This document shows, piece by piece, positions 27,091-40,235 of a DNA stretch of 64,000 nucleotides (the stretch's first letter is position 1; the number at the start of each line of letters is the position of its first letter). This stretch comes from Octopus vulgaris (taxonomy: Eukaryota), in NCBI GenBank assembly GCA_951406725.2, contig OX597827.1, forward strand, positions 56,048,001-56,112,000, given 5' to 3'. The notes below the pieces were generated by a model. The model saw nothing but the letters and a program-made list of their open reading frames with translations, did not search any database and was not told the DNA's origin. The position numbers and the translations under genes were made by a program.

Positions 27091-28122
27091 AGGTAAGAGA
27101 AGGTTCGTTCATCAAGAATGTTTGCATGTCTGTTATGACAACGAAGACAGGCAGTAGGGTTAGTTTAGTGCTGTCTAAATAGATTTCCCCCCTCTTCAAT
27201 TTTGGGTTGTTTTACTGTCCAGTAGGAAGAAACATCTTGATCAGTCAACAAGCTGTGTGTGTGTATGTATGTAAAGCTCAATAAGTCTGCCTTTAACTCA
27301 ATGTATGCACAATGAATGAAACCACTAAGAGCATAAAAAGAAAGCATGTATACTTGTTTCAGCCGGGGCACTGCCTTGAAGGGTTTGTTGAACAAATGGA
27401 CCCCAGTATTTTTCTTTGTTTTTTTTTTTTTAAGCTTGGTACTTATTCTATCAATCACTTTTTGCTGAACTGCTAAGTAACAGGGGCATAAACAAACCGA
27501 CACCAGTTGGCAAGCAGTGTTTAGGAACAAACACAGACAGAAAAAAACACACACACATATAGATATATACAATGGGCTTCTTTCAGTTTAATAAATCCAC
27601 CCACATGGCTTTGGTCAGCCCAGGGCTGTCGTAGAAGACACTCACCTACCCAAGGTGCCACACAAGCAAGCTTCTTAACACAGCCACACCTACCCCTTGC
27701 ATCTTAACCCCATGGCCATATCTGTGCCTAGTCTTTTAGCCATACCCACAATTTCAATATTTGACTAGGTGTACTTCTTCAATATTACATGATTATACTC
27801 CCGATCCAGCAGCAAACTGGCTGGAGCATTGGATGGTAATACCTTGTGGTATTTTTTTCTTTCTGGCTTTATCTCTTATCTTTTATCGTTTACTTCCTTC
27901 AGTCACTAGACTGCAGACATGCTGGGGCACCTTCTTGGAAAATTTTTAGTCAAATAAATTGACCCCAGTACTTATTTTTTTAAAGCCTGGTTCTTATTCT
28001 ATTGGTGTCTCTTGCTGAATTACTAATGTTACAGGGATGTAAACACACCAACACTGGTTGTCATGTGGCAGTGCAGAACAAATACAGACACAAAGACACA
28101 TGCATATATATGTGTGTGTGTG

Positions 28123-28175
<53 letters not shown>

Positions 28176-28223
28176 CATATTTATATATATATATATATAT
28201 ACATATATACACACACATATATA

Positions 28224-28288
<65 letters not shown>

Positions 28289-28303
28289 CATACACATATA
28301 TAA

Positions 28304-28358
<55 letters not shown>

Positions 28359-29569
28359 CACAAAATAAGCTTCTTCCAGTTTCTGTCTACCAAATCCACT
28401 TACAAGGATTATGGTTGGTCCAATATGAGACACTTGCCCAAAGTGCCACACAGTGGGACCAAACCCAGAACCATGTGTTTGGGAAGCAAGCTTCTAATCA
28501 CACAGCCACTCCTGCACCTACTCTGCATTCAAAGAGCACAGGCAGATATAGATTTATCTGTATCCAATGGATAAGAAAGATAGTATCTACAAAAGATACA
28601 CAAAGAAACATAATTGGAAACTACCTCTGTTATCTCCCATAAGTATTCCCTGACAAGCACAATGTCAATGAAGTCATCATTGATCCAGAGATTTGTAAAG
28701 GAGTCGATATTGATCGCTGGGAGTCTGTGTGGCCATAGACCAAAGGTTTGACTATATCAATAACTAAATTTATATTGTTCTTTATAAATACACTCCTGAA
28801 TTGTTCTTTATAAATACACTACTGAATTATCAAGGACATGTTCCCACATCAACAATTTTAGTAATTATCTAACCACAAGATTGAACATATATTCTGAAAT
28901 TCCACGAATACCAGACCAAATTTTAGAAATGCACACTAGCTCTGGATCAAGAGGCTAATGTTAATCTTTCATACATTCCCTCTGTATTCATTTGTTATAT
29001 AATGAATTTTCTCCATGATACCCAAAACATTAGTCTCCTAGTATCACACTAAAAATACTTGTTTTTAAGATCTCACCATTTTATTTCCTGACCTAAAAAT
29101 AATCATAGAAACTTTTCCAAAGCTTTCTACTGGTTCTTCTTTTGCTTGTTTAACTTTTGTAAAATCTTTGGTAACTTTCAGTTTCATGAAACTTCAGTCT
29201 TGTGAAGTCATTTCACATTTTGTTTCTGATGGACCTTTGATCTATTGGGATGTTACCCCAAAGCAAGCAAGCAAGCAGGCTCTTGGTACATTTTCAGATT
29301 TTCTAGTTTTACAGTATTATTGCTTGTTTTCAACAGCCTTCTGCTGCACCAATAGGTATACCTTTGTGAAACTGAAGCATTGTCTTTTGACTTTTAGGGA
29401 TCATCTTCGCATTCTGTGTCCAATTATGGGGTTGATTTGTTGTTTCTGGTGTTATTTTAGTGTTTTGCAACTCTTCTGGACAGTCTCCTCATTTAAGTTG
29501 GTAAATGCTGCCATAATCCTTACCTTCAATTCATCTTTGGTGTTGCAAGGAGTTTTGTTGGTCTCTCAC

Positions 29570-30487
29570 TCAACTGTACCCCATACGTAATAATCAAGGC
29601 GGTTGCAATCTGGGGAGTTAGGTGGTCTGACAGTCATGACAGGGGTATCCTGCTTGTGTGGCATAGTGCAGAGTCCTGTTGTCAGACATAGGGTTTTCCA
29701 GCAGCCACCCTCTTGACCCAGGGCAGCACTACCTCCTGCAGGCATCCATGTTGAGTCTGAGGCCATGTGGGAAGATGAATGGAGGCATAACATTGCCATC
29801 ACTAGTGATCGCTCCAAACACCAAAATGTCAACTGGATGTTTGATTTTTATCACTCTTGGTACATGTTTTGCGTACATGGCAAAACCAAATCAAGTTGGG
29901 TTGGAGGAGATATTTGAGTTTGTTCAAAAGCTTAATAGTGTGATCTTTCCTCTTGTCCTTGCTGACTTGGGATAAAAATTGGCCTTTTCTCATCTTGTAT
30001 GAGGAATACTGAATGTCTTCATGCCTGATAAGAAAGTCAGACACTCCCATGTCCCTGGCGATAGACCTGATTGACTTGGAGGGATCATTGTCAATTGTGG
30101 CCTGAATCTCACCAACAAATTCAAGAGTTCTTTTCTTATCAGAATGATCAGAGTGAGTTTTCTGAGCTGCTGTACTTTTGCATTTACCATTAAACTCATC
30201 CAACTCTTTCTGAATCCTCTGCACTGTCCTCAGATTGCCCTGTCCTCAGATTGACACCCAAACACTCTGAAATGTTCGTATTGGAGCTTCTGGCACAAAT
30301 GCCAAGCAGTGCAGCATGTCATTTCCAAATTTCTGGCAGAGTGAATTGTGTCATGGTGCTGTTTTTCTCACAGATGGTGCCCAATTGATCCTACTATACT
30401 GTGTAGCTGACAAAATAAAAAATAAACAATGTCCATGCGCAAAATTAAAAATATAAAATGGTGACAATTTACCCATCGCACCCCGTA
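29570..30487 (-). mobile_element. Decayed Tc1/mariner-superfamily (maT/DD37D-like) transposase, 3'-truncated
   Basis: IDNDPSKSIRSIARDMGVS HTH-like region; PPNSPDCNRLDYYVWG catalytic-end motif; TIR-like TA-CGGGGTGCGATGGG; N-terminus homologous to the 20815-22636 element. Confidence 0.8.
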
Positions 30488-30727
30488 TGTACACAATGGG
30501 CTTCTTTCAATTGATGTGTACTAAATCCACTCACAGGGGTTCCGTTGGGACAATTGTCCAAGGCCCAAGGTGACATGCAGTAGAACTTTGTTAAGTACCC
30601 ACCATCACTATCACCACCATCTTTCAAGCATTGTTCTTCTCAAACAGAACGTCAATAGTGTTAGCCCCACCAAATAACCCTTATTCAAATCTTCTGTCTT
30701 TCTATTTTTCTATTCTTTTAATTTCAG

Positions 30728-31125
30728 ATGACTGTGATCCCTTCATTAATGAATATAGTTGCCTCTCAATCATACAAAAAGACGATATCTACATAAAAAT
30801 CATTGATACAGATTCAAAAAATCGGGGAGAAAGACAACCTTACAAACGAATAGAGAAATATACTAGAAAGGCAAAAAGAAAAAGAAAAAAATACAGAAAG
30901 AGGAAACAAAACAAAGATAGAAATAAAAATGATAATAAAAATAACCAGAAAGGAAGCTCGTCAGTTAATGATACTTCAAGAAGAAAACAATGTCAGACAG
31001 GTGCTGCAACAATTGAAGTAAAAAATGAAAAATGTACTGGAAGTGCAGATTTAAATCCTCCTTCCAACTTGGAAACAAAATTGCCTAGAAAATACTGGAC
31101 TGTACCAAAGTTTGTGTTAGCTCTG
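30728..31125 (+). CDS. Exon A of large uncharacterised coiled-coil / Lys-Arg-rich protein (first recognisable exon; starts in phase 1, so an upstream exon is missing)
   Basis: tttcag|ATGACTGT acceptor and CTG|gtatgt donor; open frame DDCDPFINEYSCLS...KRKRKKYRKRKQ...YWTVPKFVLAL; 398 nt, phase 1 to 0. Confidence 0.8.
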
Positions 31126-31157
31126 GTATGTGCTTTCTTACTTGTGCTGCACGTCGT

Positions 31158-31509
31158 CTTCTTCTTCTTCTTCTTCTTCTTCTTCTTCTTCTTCTTCTTC
31201 TTCTTCTTCTTCTTCTTCTTCTTCTTCTTCTTCTTCTTCTTCTTCTTCTTCTTCTTCTTCTTCTTCTTCTTCTTCTTCTTCTTCTTCTTCTTCTTCTTCT
31301 TCTTCTTCTTCTTCTTCTTCTTCTTCTTCTTCTTCTTCTTCTTCTTCTTCTTCTTCTTCTTCTTCTTCTTCTTCTTCTTCTTCTTCTTCTTCTTCTTCTT
31401 CTTCTTCTTCTTCTTCTTCTTCCTCCTCCTCCTCCTCCTCCTCTTCTTCTTCTTCTTCTTCTTCTTCTTCTTCTTCTTCTTCTTCTTCTTCTTCTTCTTC
31501 TTCTTCTTC
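31158..31509. repeat. Very long (TTC)n tract with short (CTC)n interruption
   Basis: Seen directly; begins ~30 nt after the exon A donor. Confidence 0.97.
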
Positions 31510-31801
31510 ACCATCATCATCATCATCATTTTCCATGTTGGCATGGGTTGGACAGTTTGACAGGATCTGGGAAGGTCAGGGGCTGTATCACATTCCACAG
31601 TCTGCTTTTGCTTATTCTGTCTTATGTCCTCTCTTATATGAAAGGGTGCTGAAAAGTTCCCAGCTTTTAAGTGTATCGCGAAAAGCCTGGCTGGAGGCCC
31701 AACCTTCCAAGTTCTATTACAGGGCTTAGAAAACCCAAAGGACCATTGCAATAAGTGTGTGAATCTGAGAGGAAAATATATTCAATAAAATCACAATTAA
31801 C

Positions 31802-32434
31802 TGTGAGGTATACTTGCCATCTCAATATGGCTAACCACTAAGGGTGGGTGTTACTGTAGCTTGTAGCCCCAGGAGAACATCGTCTCCAGCTGGCTTTAGG
31901 CACACTTTCTGTGCCCTTATGGTATTTGCAAAGGGAGGTCATCCTTCCCTTGTCAACCTAAGTGATACGCACGGACTGCAGTTTCTAGGTATTGACCTGT
32001 CATCAGCGTACGACAATCACCGGTTTTCGATGAAAGGGGTCCCAATGCAAATACTTATATCGTTTTTCCAGTAACTTTTCGTCACTGATACAGTTTTTCG
32101 AGATCGGTGACGACAGTTACTAGAAAAACGATATAAGTATTTGCATTGGGACCCTTTCGTCGAAAACCAGCGATTGTCGTACGATGATGACAGGTCAATA
32201 CCTAGAAACTGCAGTCAGTGAGTATCACTTAGGTTGACGAGGGAAGGATGACCTCCCTTTGCAAATACCATAAGGGCACAGAAAGTGTGCCTAAAGCCAG
32301 CTGGAGACGATGTTCTCCTGGGGCTACAAGCTACAGTAACACCCACCCTTAGTGGTTAGCCATATTGAGATGGCAAGTACACCTCACATTGTCGTGCAGT
32401 TACTGTTTATACCTCGTTCAGAGATTTATTATTG
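31802..32434. mobile_element. Inverted-repeat (foldback) insertion with ~290-bp arms, probably inverted PLE pseudo-LTRs
   Basis: 31802-32090 is a near-perfect reverse complement of 32102-32388; TCACAATTAACTG duplicated at 31791-31803 and 32435-32447. Confidence 0.8.
31968..32012 (-). ncRNA. Type-I hammerhead motif in the left arm (mutated mirror copy at 32178-32222, + strand)
   Basis: CGUACG-CUGAUGA-C-AGGU caau ACCU-A-GAAAC-UGCA-GUC-CGUGCG; palindromic stem III ACUGCAGU. Confidence 0.7.
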
Positions 32435-34564
32435 CTCACAATTAACTGATCATCCTGAATTTTCTTTTACCCAAAGCCAGGAAATTTTCAGCACCCATTC
32501 ATGTATATATATTTATGAGATTCAGTTTCAACATTTTTTTAAATGCTTCTAATTTTTGGCTATTCTGTCCTCCCTCATATTTACTTTTTGTTGTCTTCTT
32601 AATGCTTCCTGCATAATTATGATAACTATGTTAACTATGTTGACATTGACTTAACGGTGGAATTCTGGTTTAAGCACCCCATGTAACCTTCTCATAACTT
32701 TTTTATTTTTGGAATTTTCAGAAAATTTTTGTACATTTGTGTTTTACACTTGGTAATTTATACAATTTTGTAATTTAAGTGTGATTTAACTGTTATTTTT
32801 AGCACATCTCACGACCATGAGGATACCTATTTCTTTATTACCCACAAGGGGCTAAACATAGAGGGGAAAAACAAGGACAGACATAGGATATCGAGTCGAT
32901 TACATCGACCCCAGTGCGGAACTGGTACTTAATTTATTGACCCCGAAAGGATGAGGATACCTTCCTCATCTCCATATCACCTTGATATGTATTGATGTTT
33001 TTCTATATTTTTCTCCCCATGAACACATTTAATGGTCCATTGCTGGGATTTAAGCTAAAAATTCAGACTGCCCATATTTTAAACTCTGATTTAAAAACCA
33101 AAATTCAATAAACAGTGGAGATTTCAGGATTTATGGGGGCAAGGGTGAGTATAAAGAAAATTTTTGAAAAAGAGAAATTTTAGGATTTATTTGGGGTAGG
33201 GGTATAAAAAGGATTTTTTAAAATTTTGTTTTTCAAAATCATATGAATTCCTGTGTATAGAACACAAATTTGCATAAATTTCCTTAAAATTCCTAAAAGA
33301 TAAAAAAGTTATGAGAGTTTATTTATATCGGATGCTTTAACCAGAATTCCGCCAACTAAACTATTCTTTTCATGTGGATAATCTCTGTGTGTTATCTATT
33401 TACCGCTTACCTTTAAGGCCAGAAATTTCAAAGGAGGCGGGTAAGTTGATAACATCAACCCCAGCACTCAACTGGTATTTATTTTATTGACCACGTAAAG
33501 GAAGAAAGGCAAAGTCGACCTCGGCTGAATTTGAACTCAGAACTTAAAGACAGATAAGATACTACTAAGCATTTTGCCTAGCCTGCCAATGATTCTGGCA
33601 GCTCACCACCTTAGAGAATCAAAACCCATACCTCTCAAATTCTGGTTTAGCTCACTGTACCATTAAGCTAAATGACCCATACTCTTTTACTTGTTTCAGT
33701 CATTTGACTGTGGCCTTGCTCGAGCACCACCTTTAGTCGAGCACATCGACCCCCAGGACTTATTCTTTGTAAGTCTAGTACTTATTCTACCGGTCTCTTT
33801 TGCCGAACCGCTAAGTTACAGGGACGTAAACATGCCAGCATCGGTTGTCAAGCGATGTTGTGGGAACAAACACAAACATATACACACACACATACATATA
33901 TACATACAACGGGCTTCTTTCAGTTTCCTTTTCTTTACTACCCACAAGGGGCTAAACACAGAGGGGACAAACAAGGAGAGACAAACGGATTAAGTCAATT
34001 ATATCGACGCCAGTGCGTAACTGGTACTTCATTCATCGACCCCGAAAGGATGAAAGGCAAAGTCGACCTCGGTGGAATTTGAACTCAGAATGTCGTGGCA
34101 GACGAAATACCGCTAAGCATTTCACCCGGCATGCTAACGATTCTTTTCTGTCTACCAAATCCACTCACAAAGCTTTGGTTGGCCCAAGGCTATAGTAGAA
34201 GACACTTATGCAAGGTGCCTCGCAGTGGGACTGAACCCGGAACCATATAGTTTGTAAGCAAGCTACTTACCGTACAGCCACTCCTATGCCATGTAAAGAA
34301 ACAAAAAAAAAATTAAGAAGGAAAATGACAATGGAGGTGACAAGATATGAAGCCTTGGCTTTATTACTGTTTGTTATACTGTTGACCCATCAACCCTGTT
34401 GCTCATTTCATTTCATAACTCCGCCTTCCTTATAACATATGTTTCTGTCCATATGAACATCAGGCCCTTTTTCTCTATGTTAGACATTAATATTGTCTAA
34501 TTTGCATAATGCTTCCTAATTTGCATATTTTACCTATTAACTCTGACAGCCTGTTGTGTTGTAG

Positions 34565-34660
34565 CGTGAGAAGTTAATCGGGAAGATTAAACAACTTTAC
34601 AATATCTTACGCAATGGAGTTGGTGAAACCATACGGAAGATTCTGCATTCCTACATGCAG
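34565..34660 (+). CDS. Exon B of the same gene
   Basis: ttgtag|CGT ... CAG|gtaagt; 96 nt, phase 0 to 0; REKLIGKIKQLYNILRNGVGETIRKILHSYMQ. Confidence 0.85.
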
Positions 34661-34963
34661 GTAAGTGTATTTTAACCTTTGGGTGTTACTCTGTGTGCGT
34701 GTGGGTGTGTGGCTCATGCATGTGTGTATTTATGTGTGTGTATGTATATGTTTGTGGGTATGCATGTGTGTGTGTGTGGGGGCTTGTACATGTGTATATT
34801 TGTGCATGTATGTGTGTGTGTGTGTTTATGCTATGTGTATGCATGTGTGCAAGTCTTGTGTAAATCTAAATCTAATCCTTTTCTGAATCACAAGATCCAC
34901 TTGGCATTGTGCTTATCTCTAGGTTTCATTAAATAGGTCAGAACAAATCTCCCACCGGAGTTA

Positions 34964-35477
34964 CCGTAAATCCTCGAGTATAATCCGCCCTTGAGTATAA
35001 TACGCAGGGGATTTTTAGGAGGCTGTACCTCTGAAAAACCTAAACCTTGTGTATAATATGCACCCCTTCTCTAACTTGAGTCAAGGAGGTCTATATAACA
35101 TCCTTGGTTTGTAAAAATGTATATGGTAACATCCTTTATTATTATTGTGTATATAACATAATGCAAACATGTTGCTTTTTTGTGCATTTTGTTAGCAGAA
35201 AATAAAGAAATAACAGTAATAACATTTAATAAATGTTGCTTACTGCAAGTTATGGATGATTCTTTTATGACTTCATTGCTTTCAGGCTTAGCTTAAGGTA
35301 TTTTCGCACCTGACATCACAAAATGCATCTGAATAAACATAGCCAGACAGCAAATAGAGACTCAGACATTGCTTAGAAAATAATCTTCAGTTTTTAACCT
35401 CGTATATAGTATGCACTAGGGATTTTGACCTTTAAATTTTGGGGAAAAAAATGCAGATTATACTTGAGGATTTACGG
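34964..35477. mobile_element. Non-autonomous pogo/Tigger-like DNA transposon
   Basis: TA-CCGTAAATCCTCGAGTATAATC ... GATTATACTTGAGGATTTACGG-TA. Confidence 0.8.
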
Positions 35478-36233
35478 TATGTAACATATCTAGCCTCTCC
35501 AAGACAAGTAACTTATTACAATGCACTGTAATGACCTGGCTTTCACGGCTTACTGCAATGACCTTATGCCTGTCCCATGTTACCCACTGACAGCTAGATG
35601 TTCTGTGCTATTTGAAAATTAAGTTTTCTGGGCATAGACATAATGCAGTGCCAATGGCCTCATATGAACTGCTGATCTCACAATTGGTTACCAGTTGTCT
35701 TATCCATTTAATTCATGATCTTCTGTATTTGTAAGCCTTTGTGTGTACATCTGTCAGTGTGTGTTTCTTCTTATTTAAAATGAATTTGATAAGATAATAA
35801 TTCTTTCTGCTTTAGGGCACAAGGGGCCTGAAATTGTGGTGGTGGTGGTTTAGTCAATTACACTGACCCCAGTGCTTGACTGGTTCTTATTTTATCCACT
35901 CTGAAAGGATAAAAGACAAAGTGAGATTTGAACTCTGAACGTAAAGCTAGAAAAAAATGCTGCAATGCATTTTGTCCAGTGTGCTAATGATTTTGCCAAC
36001 TTGCCAACCTCTTTGAAGTTGATAATAATAAGTGTATAAACTTGGAGGTTTCATACACAGAGAAACTATGCCAACGTTTTGAAAAATATGCAGCAGAAAC
36101 TTTAATAATTGCTTTCTTTTAGTAAAAGTTACATATTGAGAATAAATTAAATAGCAGTTTTCTTTATTATAGTATAAATGTTGTCCACCGTTTTAAACTA
36201 ACAAATAGTTGGGTATGTTGAACCATTTTACAG

Positions 36234-36336
36234 ATTCATAAGAGATACAAGGACATAAAGGAACAATCTAGAAAAGTTTTAACAGATGGTCATGATGTTG
36301 TTATTGAAATTATCCAAGTTTCAGAGCAAGTCTATG
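36234..36336 (+). CDS. Exon C of the same gene
   Basis: ttttacag|ATT ... ATG|gtaagt; 103 nt, phase 0 to 1; IHKRYKDIKEQSRKVLTDGHDVVIEIIQVSEQVY. Confidence 0.85.
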
Positions 36337-36387
36337 GTAAGTAACTTTGGACATTGTTATTTTTATTATTATTGTTGTTGTTATTGG

Positions 36388-36597
<210 letters not shown>

Positions 36598-37351
36598 GGC
36601 AGCTGGCTGGCAGGATTGTTACCACATTAGATACAATGCTTAGTGGTATTTCTTCTAGGAGAGCTGGCAGAAACGTTAGCATGCTGGGCGAAATGCTTAA
36701 TGGTATTTCGCTTGTCGTTACGTTGTGAGTTCAAATTCCGCCGAGGTTGACTTTGCCTTTCATCCTTTCGGGGTCGATAAATTAAATACCAGTTACGCAC
36801 TGGGGTCGATGTAATCGACTTAATACCTATGTCTGTCCTTGTTTGTCCCCTCTATGTTTAGCCCCTTGTGGGTAATAAAGAAATAGGTATTTCTTCTAGT
36901 TTATGTTCTGAGTTCAAATGTCATTGAGGTCTACTTTGCCTTTCATCTTTTCGAGGTTGATTAAAATAAGTACCAGTTAAGCATTGGGGTCTATGTAATT
37001 GACCTTCCCTTAAAATTGCTGGCTGTAAGCCAAAATTTGAAACAATTATTATTTTTATCATTATTTTCGTGGCAGTGGTAGTGGTGGTGGTGGTGGTGGA
37101 GGTAATGATGAATATGATGATGGCTTAGTTAGGAGTTGACATGATCTTTGCAGGTCCTCCCAGACTGGTTTGATCCCTATATGTGATATTTAGTTTGGAC
37201 ATCTATAAGTTGACATCTGCAGAGAAAACATGGGCTGTAAAATAATTCCAAGCTGTTCTCTGAGGAGAAGAAGGATTGGGCCATAAAACATGAAACCAAG
37301 AATTTAAGATATATATAAGAATATATCTTATATTCTAATACATATCTAATA

Positions 37352-37725
37352 TCTCTATATATATAAGCGGCAAAATGTCTGTGTGTGTGTGTGTGCGTGT
37401 CCTTTATACAAATCCACAATTTTTCAGTTAAAAGGCTCACACTTTCTATGGTCATTCAAAACCGTCCAAGGGTGGTTGTGCACATCTTTACTTTTCCCCA
37501 GTCACCCTGCAAAGCCATTAAAAAATCAATAGAAGTGACTTTTTTGTGAATTTTCTATCCAAAACCCAATCAAAATGCCCGAAGCTTGATACACCAATTG
37601 AATTCCAGCTAGCTGTATGTGATTGGTCAGAGATTTGGACAGTACTCACGTGTATGTGCGCACGCACGCAGCTGTATATGCATGCACTAGCACTATGACC
37701 CGGCAACGCCAGGTCATAGTGCTAG
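37352..37725 (+). mobile_element. Non-autonomous Helitron-like element
   Basis: 5' A|TCTCTATATATATAA start; 3' hairpin ACTAGCACTATGACC..GGTCATAGTGCTAGT ending CTAG|T. Confidence 0.6.
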
Positions 37726-37936
37726 TATCTTATAAGAATATAAGAATATATCTTATAAGAATTCCGGAATAAAGTTATTCTGGAGAAGGTTTCGAAATGG
37801 ATACAGTTTGCACTCTTATTCTCTTGTGTTCCATCCACTCCAGTCTTATGATTCCTCTGCTGTCCTACCATACTTTTCCTGTCTCCTATTTCAGTAACTT
37901 ATAATACAATATCCTCTCTTTACCCTTCAATTACAG

Positions 37937-38132
37937 GAACGATATCCTCCATGAATGAGCTTACACGTCGGCTGTATTCGCGTAAGGACAATAGAATTTT
38001 GCATCGACACCTGAGAGTTAGCCATCATTTTGCAGTCATCAAATCTAGGAACCGTCACACACATGCCTGGGAAACCTTAAAGGCACTTGATAAAATAAAA
38101 ACCATCAAAAACAAAGTTGTCTTCCTCAGTCA
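37937..38132 (+). CDS. Exon D of the same gene
   Basis: ttacag|GA ... TCA|gtaagt; 196 nt, phase 1 to 2; GTISSMNELTRRLYSRKDN...KIKTIKNKVVFLS. Confidence 0.88.
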
Positions 38133-38608
38133 GTAAGTTCACTTGATTTATATTAACTCTTTAATTGTCTAATTAAATTTCCTGGTTATTCAAGTAACGA
38201 TGGCTGTGTGGTAAAAAGTTTGCTTCACAACCATGTGGTGGTGGTGGTGGTGGTGGTGGTGGTGGTCTGCTGGCAGCTTTATTTCCTTCTCGTATTAGTT
38301 GTTGGAGTCAATATGATCTACTAAGTCCTTGAAGGCAGAGACTACCACCACCACCACTTAAATTTATTTATAAATATATACATATACATACAAACGTACA
38401 TACATGTATATATGCTTACATATATACATATATAGGCAAGCATAAAATTAATTTATATTTCAATATATACACATTTATATATAACTATATACATATACTC
38501 TTGTGTCTGGGGAGAGTCATTCTCTTTTAGAGACACAACAGAATATGCTTCAACACATAAACTCACATAAAGAATCTTGCAAATCAAATCCCAAAACGAA
38601 ATTAATAT

Positions 38609-38660
<52 letters not shown>

Positions 38661-38671
38661 ATGTATATATA

Positions 38672-38702
<31 letters not shown>

Positions 38703-38997
38703 GTACATATATATATATATATATATATGTATATTATATATATGCATACATACATGCAGACATACATACACGCATGCACACACACACACATACACACTCA
38801 CACACACAATACACAATAACCTAATTAAACAATAAGGAATTCCTATGAATTAGAATTTGTTCTTTATCAAAATAAAGACACAAAAAAGAAGATAATTGCT
38901 GGTGCTTTAGCACTGTGGGAACAGAGCGGGATTGTGTGGGCATGGCATTATTTCCTATTTCTTTCTTACGATTGAAAGGAATGCTGTTCCCTCATTA

Positions 38998-39032
<35 letters not shown>

Positions 39033-39059
39033 TGTATTTATGTATGTATGTATGTCATT

Positions 39060-40001
39060 CAGTTTTATTTCAAGATTTCTTGCCTATAGAGAAAGAGCCG
39101 GTTTCTAACCTAGATTCAAGGCTCCTTCATTGAAATTTCAACAACATCAACAGGGTATTTTTGTATGTGCAAATTTGTATGTTTTGTTTTATATATGTAT
39201 TCTCATGCATCTCATGGATATAGTTGCATGTCTAGACATGCTCATATATATTTAAATGATAATCTTCTGGAAAGTTTTACAAATTTTTACAGTTCCAGTG
39301 ATAGCTTAGATCTGTAGTCTTCAAATCAGTTTTCTCCTTTTTAGTTTTGAGAAGCCTAATTTCTTAAAATTGCTATTTAGGCAGTGTGTTACATATCTCA
39401 GTGCCCCAATAATCACAGATATAAACCTGAACTTGTAATCTGGATAGAGTAGCTATATATTTCTCACTAGTTCAGCAAAGGTATTTTCTTTTTCACTGAT
39501 CTTTATAGCTTCATGTTAACATACACTGGGCAGCTAATTTCCACAACTGTACAGATTCTCTTCTCTATCCCAAATTACTATGTCAGGTTTATTATGTTAA
39601 CATTTTATTGAGTTTTTCACTGGGACATTCTTATTGTGAGTGGCTATGGTTTCTACCATACTGTGGGTTATTTATTTGGCCTTGGGATTATCCTGCCAAA
39701 AGATCTCATTATACTGTGTCCTAGTTACAACATCATGTCTCATTGGTAGATTATACCCTAATGACATTTTCGGACAACTGCTGATGATGTAGTTGGTATC
39801 TTTGGTGTTAACTCTACAATGTCTGCATGGGTTATCACATTTTGCTGCTTTTGTTGCATGTCTCTCCCTTTTGTGCATTAGGTATTTGGTTGGTATTTCT
39901 TCTTCCTGGATTGCAAATGCATACCCTTCAAAGTAGGAGTTAGCAATACAGTTATTGGTCCATGATAGACAGCTTTGGTGATCAATGTTATTATCATCCA
40001 A
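39060..40001 (-). mobile_element. RLE-type non-LTR retrotransposon (R4/Dong-like) 3' fragment
   Basis: AIQEEEIPTKY...CRHC...YIISSC...MRHDVV zinc-knuckle/RHD region followed by a KPDIVIWD-like restriction-like endonuclease motif. Confidence 0.75.
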
Positions 40002-40050
40002 CTGTGTGTGTGCATGTATGTTTATGCATGTATATTTGTTTATATATATT

Positions 40051-40105
<55 letters not shown>

Positions 40106-40235
40106 TTATTTATTTATATACATATTTATGTATATAGATAGATAAATAGATATGTATGTATGTGTCTATAATTACATGTATGTATGTATGTATATATGTA
40201 TGTATGTATGTATGCATGCATGCATGCATGTATAC

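Larger units (their letters stand above)
31639..32501. mobile_element. Mariner MITE (same family as 12135-12355) interrupted by a palindromic insertion
   Basis: GGGTGCTGAAAAGTTCC ... GGAAATTTTCAGCACCC termini; internal sequence matches the 12135 copy on both sides of the insertion. Confidence 0.8.

Noticed and set aside
30993-31751. Long poly-K/F/L/S/E ORFs
   Set aside because: Translation artefacts of the (TTC)n tract; only 30728-31125 has splice support.
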